A stretch of 64,000 nt of DNA from the NCBI GenBank assembly GCA_054600435.1, contig BAAIJX010000036.1, forward strand, positions 1 through 64,000, in the 5' to 3' direction. Positions 13,535 to 23,426 of the stretch are shown here, piece by piece (positions within the stretch are counted from its first letter, which is position 1; the number at the start of each line of letters is the position of its first letter). The stretch is from Neophaeotheca triangularis (taxonomy: Eukaryota). The translations under genes and the position numbers were made by a program. The notes beneath the pieces were generated by a model. It worked only from the letters and a program-made list of their open reading frames with translations, was not told the DNA's origin and did no database searches.

Positions 13535-14085
13535 TCAAAACGTCCAAACCTCACCCCCCCTGCCCTCCCCCTCGCTCCCCTCCACCAACCCCTTCTCCCT
13601 CAACACCGTCTTCGCCCTATCAGCAATATGCCCAATGACTCCGCCCTCGGCCATCGCATGCAAAGGCGTCGCCGCCATCTTAAGCGTATCCGGATACAGC
13701 CAGGGCACCGAACCGCCACCGGCGCAAGTCTTCATATCGTCGAGCTCCGCTCTCGAGAATCCCGCTCCCACGATGATGGCCCTAGGCGGTTTCGAGATGG
13801 CATTCTCGGCATTGCTGCCGAGGCCTGAAGATGGTTTTGTCGGGAGGTTGGCTATGAGGGAGGGGAGTTCGGATTTCACTGCCGAGGGAGTGTGGAAGAC
13901 GTGGGTTACTGTAGGAGGGGGAGGGATGGTTGTTAGGGTTGTAGAAGGCATTGGGCTGGCTGGCTGGGGTGGAGGTAGGAGTGGGAGTGGGAGTCCGTAC
14001 TTTCGTATTCGGGTTGCATGGCTGGGAGAAAGGAGGTGGCCATGCTAGGGCTTTTGCCGCAGAGGGCTACGGCTATGGGGGCCAT
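13535..14085 (-). CDS. Small fungal hypothetical protein; exons 14085-14001, 13908-13535; 152 aa
   Basis: MAPIAVALCGKSPSMA...PEYE|ITHVFHT...PRAIIVGAGF...VPWL. Intron GTACGG...CCTACAG (14000-13909) joins two ORF-track fragments in frame. Confidence 0.75.
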
Positions 14086-16544
14086 TGTTGCGTTGCTGGG
14101 GTTGGGTATTTTGCGCAGGGTGGCGTTCATGGACGTGCGTTCATCGATGAGTGTGGTGTGCCAATATCGAGAGGAATTTGCCGGCGACAGATTAAGTTGT
14201 TCGTGAAACTCGGTATGAACAGTATGTATCTCTGATTTGCCTATTCGACTGGAGATTCTAAGTTGGAACCATCTCGTCGATACTTGTTGCCAGCTCCTTC
14301 GGGTTACTGAAGGCCGGCCGGAGAAGTTTACTGGTCGTCATGACCCACGGGCACATGCAGGTACATGCCCAGCAGCCAAATCAAGTTCTCATTGTCTATA
14401 TTATTGCTTTATCTCTTTCTATTAGTGTCCCATGTTGTAAGATTCTAAGGCGCCATGCGGAATTATGTCTGGAATGTAAATGTAGCCTTTGGAAGGTCGT
14501 GCTGGATCGGCTGAGGTCGGCGAGAAGGGCTCGCCAAGACCCCTCCACCTCGTCTTGCAATCCTGTCTCGACACTGGCACTGTTTGCTCTCCTTCAAGGC
14601 CAACGAGAGCTCTTGCGACGCGTGATTGATTTCACATTCTGCGCCCTAATCTGATGTATGCCGTCTGCGACAATGCGGCCATGATGATCCCGGCACCGCC
14701 AGGGCCGAAGCTCTCTGTTCCCGTGCATACGACTGCCTGATTGCGCCCGACGGCCTTCCTCCTGGTGCTATCAACGATGCGAAGTTATGAGATGACAACA
14801 CATGGCCTTTTGAAGCGCTCAGAAAGCGCATGGATGAAAGAGTAGAGAAGATGGATGACACGCCTGCTCGCGACAATGTGATAGCAATCGGGGGACACGT
14901 GAGATCGCTGCGCCCGTGACAACAACAGAATCGTCGCGACCGCCACAACGATCAGATGTCTGGACCATAGACATGATAATGGAGCCCGTTCACCATTTTG
15001 CGACTCAGGGGTGCAAGTTGCCGAGACGTCAAACAGGGTCGAAGCCTTGAAGCAGAGGAATATCACAATGATGCCAACGACCACCGGAACATTTGAGCGA
15101 AGGCTATAACTCGCATATCCGGGAGGACTTCGAGATGCATGAAGACAGGGCAGCCCAGTCTCCGCCCCGAGAGGCCCATGCCGGTAGCAGGGCGACGAAA
15201 CGTGAAAAAATCACATTACATGAGCTATGGTAGCCTCTGCGCTATACCGCAGTTCACAAGAGATCAGAAGTCGGTCACGCCGTGATTTAGGACCAGGCAG
15301 ACCGCCTAGAAGCCCATCTGACTTCGACTTCTCCCGATTGTAAGCTTTTCGGCAAGAAACGCGTCCTGAAAATTCAACATGATCGCAATGGTCGTTCTTG
15401 CGAGCTTCTGCGCCCTCGGAACACGTGCTCAGAAGGGAGTTTGAGAACGAACTTATCGCTCAGACCTCAGTAGGGTGGGTCCAGGAGCTAGACGGCAAAG
15501 GATGCGAGTTCGGCGGTGTGACTTCAACAGTATACCGCGCCCGTCCGCTGCAAGCATCTGCTCCTAGCTGACCGTTGGTAGATGAACCTGCTGGAAATAT
15601 TCTCAAGATGGAATCGAGCACGTCCAGGAGCAGCTCAAACGTGGAAGGGAGGCGTTGGGCCGGTTCGAGCCTGGTACAAGCCGATTACTGTCTGGACTGG
15701 AACTCTGTGATGCTAGGAGCGAGCTGCTTAACGGTTCAAGGCAACTCATGTGCCGCACGTGTTGCTCCTGCATTGATGCCAGGCCGCCGAGCTCTAGCGA
15801 GCGGGGCCAGTGCCACGAACCGGCTTGCGTCATGCCAATCGACTCCTGGAGAATGCCAATTGGTAGCCCAAAACCAAAACGATTCGCATGCTAGATACGT
15901 TAGGAGGACGACAGAACACATATGAGACTGCCATGAGTACAGAGACTGTTGCCGTTGCTGGGTAAATGCTGGTGACGGAAGCCTTCCAGGTCCGGCTATT
16001 CCGACTCGTGTCGCAATCAGACGCTGATTGGCTTTCCGCTTTTGTTTCGACCGGCTGATTCTGGCCAAGAAGGCAGGCAGCAGCTCGATATGGTCGAGGT
16101 CGACCCAGAACACATCAAATAGACATGCGGAAGCGTTTAGAAGCATGCTCCGAGTCTTGAAATGGGTGTTGCAAGGTAGAAAGTTGGTATCGAGAGCATT
16201 CACGGTGCAAAATCTCGTTGACAGTGAGCTGCCTTCTCGGGACTTCGACGCACAGGTCCGTGCACGCAAGCCTAAGTATTGAAGCTTCCACGCCCGCTCT
16301 TCCTGTTCTCTTCCTCCCCACAACCTGTCTCTCACCAACACTCTGACGCGCGCTCTCCCAACCAGCAAGACATCCATCAAAGGATCATCCTCCACTTCAC
16401 TACCCATCTCTCTCCTGCACCGCGCGCTTGCGAACAGGAGTCACTTGGGCGGAACGCGTCGTGCAGACCCACGTACACGTCGCAAACTCTGCGCGTACCC
16501 TTGCACCACCCACCTCTCCCCTCAGCGACGTTGCGACAGACGCA

Positions 16545-18579
16545 ATGGCCGACGAGCCTACCACCACCGTGCCGGTCGAGGACCAGGCAGTAAGTGTACG
16601 CGTAACTGTGAAGTCACGACACATGGCGCTAACCCCATACCCTGTCTCAGCCTGCCGCCTCCACTGAGCCCACCACGGCCTCTGAACCCGTTGAACCCAC
16701 CTCCGAGACGAATGGCGAGGCTCCTGTTGCCAAGGAAGACGAGGAGACTGCTGGCAAGCAGGCCACCACCGATGTCACTGCGCCGACGGGTGAAGAGCAG
16801 ACTGAGGCAGCCGAAGGCCCGACCGACCCAGACGCTTCCGGCTCTACGCCAGCCTCTTCCAAGAAGGGCAATAGGAAGTCCACTGGTGGTGTACCGGAGC
16901 ACAAGAAGAAGTTGAACAAGAAGAAGTCAATGCCCTCTCTCAACCTCGACTGCAAGCCAGGTGACTTCTACTGGGCGCGTCTCAAGGGATACCCGCCGTG
17001 GCCAGCTGTCATTTGCGACGAGGAGATGCTCCCGGAGACTCTACTCGCTTCTAGGCCCGTTAGCACGACGCGTCCCGATGGCACACTTCGCGACGACTTC
17101 AAGGAGGGCGGCAAGAACGCCAGGGAGCGCACCTGGCCTGTCATGTTCATGGCAACCAACGAATTGTAAGCTCTAATGTTGCGCGATATGCTCCTTCGTG
17201 GCTAGTCTACTCACACCACACAACACAGCGTCTGGCTCATCAACACGTCTCTCACCAAGCTCGACCCCGAGGAGTGCAAAACGCACCCAAGCAAAAAGAT
17301 GACCAAAGCTCTGACGATGGCCTACAAGGTTGCGTCGGAGGACCACGACATCAACTACTTCAAAGGTCTTCTCAAGGATTTCGAAGAGGAACAGGCGCGC
17401 TTCGACGAAGAGTTAAAGGCCGCTCAGGCTGCCGAGGAAGAGAAACTCGCTAAAAAGGCTGAGAAGGAGGCCAAGGCCATCGAGGACGCTGCGAAGTCTG
17501 GAGGTGACAAGAAGAAGGCTCGCAAGAGCAAGGGTGGCGACAGCGACGATGTTGAGATGGGAGACGCCGAACAGGCTAAGCCATCAAAGAAGCGCAAGAA
17601 GGATGCCGAGAGCGATGCTGAAGGTGGCAAGGTGAGACAGTCTCATGGCGTTCTGTTGAACCATTGACCTGAACGCTGACTCGACTAGCCGCAGAAGACG
17701 CCCAAGGTGACGAAGCTTAACGCGCCGAAGACACCAAACGGCGCTTCTAGCTCGAAGAAGGCCTCAAAACCTAAGAAGACTGTCTCTGCTCCCAAGGTTG
17801 ACGACGAGGAGACCGAGGACAAGGCGCCCATGAGCGAAGAGGACAAGCTCGCTCACAAGGAGAAGACCATCTACTACCTCCGCCACAAGCTTCAAAAGGG
17901 CTTCCTCAGCCGTGATGAGGCACCAAAGGATGAAGCCATGGCCGAAATGTCCGACTTCCTGAGCCAGCTGGAGAACCACAAGGAGATTGACTCTGCCATG
18001 ATCAAGAAGACCAAGATCCACAAGGTGCTCAAGGGTATCGTCAAGCTCGCCACCATTCCCAAAGAGAGCGAGTACGAGTTCAAGAAGCGCAGCCATGCTT
18101 TGCTCGACGTTTGGAGCAAGCGCCTGGATGCCGAGGGAGGTGAAGGTGCAGCTAAGGAGAGCGCAGAGCCCAAATCTGTTCCTGCCGAGGAGAAGCCAAC
18201 TGAGGAGCAGCCAGCTGCTGAAACGAACGGCGACACCGATATGAAGGATGCCGCTGCGGATGGCGAAGTCAAGGAGGGCGTCGAGGAAAAGGACGAAAAG
18301 AAAGTCGAGGAAGAGGCTGTCAAGAAGGCGGACGAAGTAGACGCAAAGGCCGAAGAGAAAGACGCAGAGATCCCCGAGGCCGCTGCTGAGATTGCGAAAG
18401 AAGCCGAGCAAAAGGTTGAGGAGGAAGAGAAGGCCGAGAAGGTCGAGGAGAAGAAGGATGATGTCGAGGAGCCACCAGCTGCGCCTATCGAGAAAACAGA
18501 CCCTGGCAATGACGCCAAAGATGAGGCTGATGGAGAGGGCGACGTGAGCATGCAGACCGCTCCGGAAGAGGCAACTTAG
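16545..18579 (+). CDS. PWWP-domain chromatin protein (Pdp3/Ioc4-like) with TFIIS-N-like helical domain and acidic tail; exons 16545-16589, 16651-17165, 17229-17631, 17689-18579; ~617 aa
   Basis: WARLKGYPPWPAVI (PWWP), WPVMFMATNEF|VW, YLRHKLQKGFL, KTKIHKVLKGI; three canonical introns. Confidence 0.88.
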
Positions 18580-19135
18580 ATGGGTCGAAGTACGCAGGCC
18601 CAACAGGACGACGACATCTAAGCTCTGCGACCCTAGTTGTAGGATCTATGGGGTTTTGGCGAACCCGCTACGGGATTAGGATGAGGTGACGAGAAGCAGA
18701 CACTACTATTGGCTTGGCCATTGTCCCGCGATGAGCGGAAGGCATGCGACAAGTACAGAGACGGTCTGAGTGTTTTACTCTACTGCAAAGTGTAGTAATT
18801 GGGTTTCTGGTGCTCGGAGCAGACTTGCAAGACAAATGAATATGCATTAAACCAATTCTCACATATTGTCATCCGCGTCTCTTGACCTGCTCCCCAAAAC
18901 CGCCTTTGACAGTATTCGAGCGTCTCCGTTCTCACTCCTTTGCTACTTGCATCATGCTGTTGCTTCTTATTAATTGCCATAAGCCGAGCCATGAAGACAT
19001 TCGTGAACTAAGCCCAATGCGTACACACTTTCCAGTCATCATCTACACGACATTGACTTTACCGGGGATTCTAGAGACCTGCTTCCAGACGATAGCACCC
19101 TCCAAATATACGCATCTTCTTCGTCTCGTAAGTGT

Positions 19136-20323
19136 ATGTCTGCCTCTCATCGTCTCTTAGCTCTCTCAAGTCACATTTTCCCCACCAACACAACCCCAAT
19201 CACTCGTAACAACACCACCACCACAATGGGCGGCGGACCAGCAAAAGACCACCTGCTCTGCGCTCTCCCCTTCCCCGAACCAACGGACCAAATCAACCAG
19301 CTCCGCAAGAAGTTCCCCGAAATCGATATAACCTACCACCAATCCACCGAGTCCAACCCAGACCCCCCGGCCTCAACCTGGTCGCGCACAACGCTCCTCT
19401 CCACCTTCGCAACCCTCCCCGCCGACCCCTCCACGGACAGCCCTAATCTCTCCCTCGTCCACCTCTTTTCCGCAGGCAGCAACCACATCCAATCCCAGCC
19501 CATCTACACCGCGACCGACATCCCCATCACCACGTCCTCCGGCATCCACGGCCCGCAGATAGCGGAATGGGTCGTCATGACCGCTCTGGTGCAGACGCAC
19601 AAGTACAAGATGCTGTATGAAATGCAGAAGAAGCACCAATGGGGCAAGGTAGGCCCGCGAGGCGCTTCGCTCACCTCTTTCAAAGACGTGCGCGACATGG
19701 TGGGCCGCCGGCTGGGGGTGCTGGGATACGGGAGTATCGGGAGGCAGGTTGGTAGGGTCGCGAAGGCCATGGGCATGGATGTCGTGGCTTTTACGGCCAC
19801 GCCCAAGGACTCGCCGGAGAAGAAGCGCGATGGTGGGTTTATTGTGCCTGGGACTGGGGATCCGGAGGGTGAGGTGCCGAGTGAGTGGTACAGCGGGCTG
19901 GATAAGGAGAGTTTGCACCATTTTTTGAAGCAGGATATTGATTTCTTGTTGGTTTCGGTTCCGTTGACGGAGCAGACGAAGCATTTTCTTGGGAGGGAGG
20001 AGTTTGAGGTGCTCAGCCAGGGGGGCAAGAAGCCGGCTTTTATTACGAATATTGCGAGGGGGCCGATTCTTGATCAGCCTGCGTTGGTCGAGTGTTTGAA
20101 GGATGGGACGCTGGTGGGTGCGGCGCTCGATGTTACTGACCCCGAGCCCCTGCCTGAGGACTCGGAGTTGTGGGATATGGAGAATGTTGTTGTGACGCCG
20201 CATGTTAGTGGTGTTGGCTCGAGTTATACTGAGAGAGCCTTCAAGGTTTTGGAAGAAAACCTGGAGAGGAGGCGGAAGGGCGATCCTCTGCTCAATGTTG
20301 TCAAGAGGGAGAGGGGCTACTAA
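19136..20323 (+). CDS. D-isomer-specific 2-hydroxyacid dehydrogenase; two in-frame ATGs (19136, 19226)
   Basis: SGIHGPQIAEW, Rossmann motif GVLGYGSIG, VPLT..T, NIARG, AALDVTDPEPL, VTPHVSG. Confidence 0.92.
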   Translation: MSASHRLLALSSHIFPTNTTPITRNNTTTTMGGGPAKDHLLCALPFPEPTDQINQLRKKFPEIDITYHQSTESNPDPPASTWSRTTLLSTFATLPADPSTDSPNLSLVHLFSAGSNHIQSQPIYTATDIPITTSSGIHGPQIAEWVVMTALVQTHKYKMLYEMQKKHQWGKVGPRGASLTSFKDVRDMVGRRLGVLGYGSIGRQVGRVAKAMGMDVVAFTATPKDSPEKKRDGGFIVPGTGDPEGEVPSEWYSGLDKESLHHFLKQDIDFLLVSVPLTEQTKHFLGREEFEVLSQGGKKPAFITNIARGPILDQPALVECLKDGTLVGAALDVTDPEPLPEDSELWDMENVVVTPHVSGVGSSYTERAFKVLEENLERRRKGDPLLNVVKRERGY

Positions 20324-20479
20324 GTGAAGAAGCAAACTTATGCATGTATACACGAAGACTTATAGAAAGTCGTCTAGAACCCACGTCTACGCTGCTCTTA
20401 TCCCAAAACAAAAGTAAATATCCCTTACCCAACAGCAAAAAGGGCAAAAGAAAACTTCCCACATTGGAGAAGAGAAGAA

Positions 20480-20754
20480 ACCATTTAACCTTCTCGGTAC
20501 CAGATCTGGCTGGTTTACTTCTTTGTTCGAACCACTCCCACGTTGGGGATTCGAACTAGCGACTATCTCTTGAACTGAATGCTCGCTACTAGTGGCCCTT
20601 GATCAATCCGCAGGAGAATCTAATCCCTTTCGGAGACCTTGCCATTAACCTAGGCAGCTGTGCTTCGGGTCTTCCCCCCGAATAAGCGTACGATTCGCGT
20701 GAACACATCTTTGCTGACTTTTGTTAGTAAGCTGGCCGTGAGGTTGAATATGGT
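20480..20754 (+). ncRNA. Candidate structured non-coding RNA (~275 nt), family unassigned
   Basis: Intergenic. The 5' and 3' ends pair, and five internal hairpins plus a closing helix can be drawn by eye. Several helices need G-U pairs on the + strand. B-box-like GTTCGAACC at 20525. Confidence 0.6.
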
Positions 20755-20982
20755 GTTTGGACTGCTATTCGCAGGGGAGGGAGTGAGGTCACGGAGGGGA
20801 CGTGCACGAAGGTGTACAGGAAGGTGCTGGGTTGCCGTCTTTACTTTACTTCACTACTTACTGTACTTTGCATCGTACTGCAGCCAATACCCCTTTTTCT
20901 TTTCTCCCTCTGGCGCTCATCATGACAGAAGCTTGGTGGAGACTGAGAGCTATCTACACTGACTGGCCTACGTACACAACCC

Positions 20983-22109
20983 TCACTGCGGCTCCTCATC
21001 CTTGAACTGCTCCCTCAGGCTCTGCACATCGAACCCGCAAACCTCAGCCTTGGCCACAATCGCCTTCGCCTTACCCACAACCGGTACGTCAATCATCTTC
21101 CCATCCAGTGTCCACGCTCCTCTTCCCTGCCTGTCAGCCTTGTCATCACAAATGACACACCTCACAGCCCACTCGACCTCGCTCTGGCTCGGCGAGTAAA
21201 CCCTCTGCACACTATCCACTTGATCGGGGTGAATACACTGCTTGCCATTAAACCCAAACCTCTTACCATTCTCGCACTCCTCCGTCAACGCTCGCGTTCC
21301 CTCCTCGCCTCTGAAAGTCGTCGAGACCAGGTCTAAGACCGATGGGATGCCAAACGCCCGTGCCGCTGTCACGATCGCCGATCGCGCGTACATGAACTCG
21401 TGCAAGCTCGGGGTGCGCGTGAGGCTCAGATCTAGAGCGAAGTCCTCGGCGGCGAAAGTGAGGCCGGAAAGATAAGGGGAGGCTTTGCAAATGCTAGCGA
21501 GGTCCATGACGGATCGGGCGCTTTCGACGAGAGCGACGATTTTGACGGGATTGGGAGAGTTTTCCCCGTGCCGGGCTGGCAGTTTCTGGCGCAAAACGTC
21601 GGTTATGAAATGTAAGTCTGAAGGAGAGTCGACTTTAGGCACGACGAGACAGTCGAGGTGCGTGCCTTGTAGGACACTCGTTAGATCGTCTAGAGCATAG
21701 CCGGAGGAGACGGAGTTGATGCGGACGGCTTGTTCGCGGATTCCAGGGGCGCGGTTGCGGTTGAGGATTGCGAGGATATTGGAGCGGCCTTCGGGCTTTT
21801 TGGAGGGCGTGACGGAGTCTTCTAGGTCATAGGCTACGGAGTCTAGGGCTGGTATTGAGCGGGATTTTTCTAGGAAGCGCATTGAGGAGCCCGGGACTGG
21901 TCAGGGGTTAGCACGGTGGTTTTCTGACGTTGTCTCGGCTCATGATCATGAGGCCGAAGTGCTCGTTTTCATGACAGAGCCCAACGATTGCCTCGTCGTC
22001 GGCTGCCAGCCTTATTTACTCGAGGAAAAAAGGTATCATGGAAACAGGACGAGACGAGACACCTACCGTATAACTGTGCACGGCGTATGACCTGAGCGGC
22101 GGTGGCCAT
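20983..22109 (-). CDS. HpcH/HpaI aldolase-citrate lyase beta (CitE/CLYBL-like; possible citramalyl-CoA lyase); exons 22109-22067, 21896-20983; 318 aa
   Basis: RRAQLY|VPGSS across a 170-nt intron, YDLEDSV, VRIN, VPKV, VESA, FAAEDF, GFNGKQCIHP, GKMIDVP. Confidence 0.92.
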
Positions 22110-22542
22110 TTTGAATGATGGGGAAAGTTATGAGCTGAGCTGGTGAATCAAGGAGATGCTACACATGCTTCTCCAGCTACGTGCCAGGTCAGAAGAGTCT
22201 CTATCATCTACCAAGGTCCAAACGTGTCGGACATTTAACAGTGAAGTTGGCCGGAAATAAACAAGTCGTCTCCGCATTAGTTAGTTGGGGGATAATAACT
22301 TGCTTACATAAAGGTGATCGACGCCGTTAACGAAGTTACCCTAGGTAAGTTAAGGGTTTCGTGGAGCTCCTGGCTGAAACGCGGCCTCTTTTGGCGTAAG
22401 TAGCAATAGCTTGAACGTGAGCTGTACCTGCTGTTGAGGATCACTCATATCATCCACCACCACCTTCTCATTCTCCACCTCTACCGCCGCCACCCTCACC
22501 ACCGTCCGCTCCGGGACACCAACCCATAAAGACAAGCCAGCA

Positions 22543-23312
22543 ATGGCCGACCTAGACAACCCAACGCCGGGAACGCTCAACTGGCGCCTGAGCGCCCACC
22601 CCATCACTCTCGTAACCTTCCTCTCCTTCCGAGCAGGTAAGCAACCACTCAAACCACCCAATACCCCAGGGCCATGCAATACTAAACAACATTCTCTACC
22701 AGCCTCCCTCCTAGTCTACCTCCTCGGCCTACTGTTCACCTCCAACTTCGTCCTAATCTTCATCATCACCATCCTGCTGCTCGCGGCAGACTTCTACTAC
22801 CTCAAAAACATCGCGGGCCGGCGACTGGTAGGCTTGCGCTGGTGGAATGAAGTCGAGGCCGCGTCCGGGGACAGCCATTGGGTGTTTGAGAGCGCGCCGC
22901 AGCCGAATGAGCCCGGGGGGAAATTGGTGAATGCGACGGATAAACGGTTCTTCTGGTTGGCGGTGTATTGCCAGCCCGCGAGTTGGGTTGCGTTGGCTAT
23001 TGTTGCCGTGGTCAAGTTTGAGTTTATTTGGTTGACGCTTGTTGGTGAGTTTGTCTCTTTTCTGGGTTGGGAACGGCGGAATTTGGCTGGGACCAGGGAT
23101 TCAGGGGCGCTGCTTGTGAAGTTGGGAGGAACTATGCTGACGCTGTGCTTGATCTAGCTATCGCTCTGGTTCTGACGGTCACCAATACCCTTGCCTTCTC
23201 TCGATGCGACAAGTTCAGCCAAGCTAGCGGTCTAGTCGAACGAGGTCTCTACTCCGGCTCGCTTGCGCGCAATGTTGGGGGTGCTCTGGTGTCTAGATTC
23301 TTCAACCGATGA
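22543..23312 (+). CDS. TVP23: Golgi membrane protein TVP23; exons 22543-22636, 22703-23044, 23158-23312; 196 aa
   Basis: [45 protein letters not shown]; introns GTAAGC..CCAG and GTGAGT..CTAG. Confidence 0.95.
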
Positions 23313-23426
23313 GAGAGATCTCGTGACCACGCTCACCTGAACTGAGAAGCAGCTGTTAAACCAAATACGCAAAACCGCGCATAGCAGATACCCAAATCTA
23401 CAGTACCAACACTGCCACTACCACGC

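Noticed and set aside
15657..15676. T-arm-like GCCGG-TTCGAGC-CTGGT
   Set aside because: Isolated; no upstream tRNA arms or A-box, so probably chance.
20520..20560. tRNA gene suggested by GTTCGAA motifs
   Set aside because: No cloverleaf: the two motifs pair with each other, and no acceptor, D or anticodon arms can be built.
20641..20657. Telomerase RNA template (ATTAACCTA)
   Set aside because: Lacks the CCC needed for TTAGGG, and the element is far shorter than known filamentous-fungal telomerase RNAs.
19136..22109. Metabolic mini-cluster (dehydrogenase + CitE-like lyase, e.g. itaconate catabolism)
   Set aside because: No CoA-transferase, hydratase, transporter or regulator adjacent; the genes are convergent with no shared promoter.
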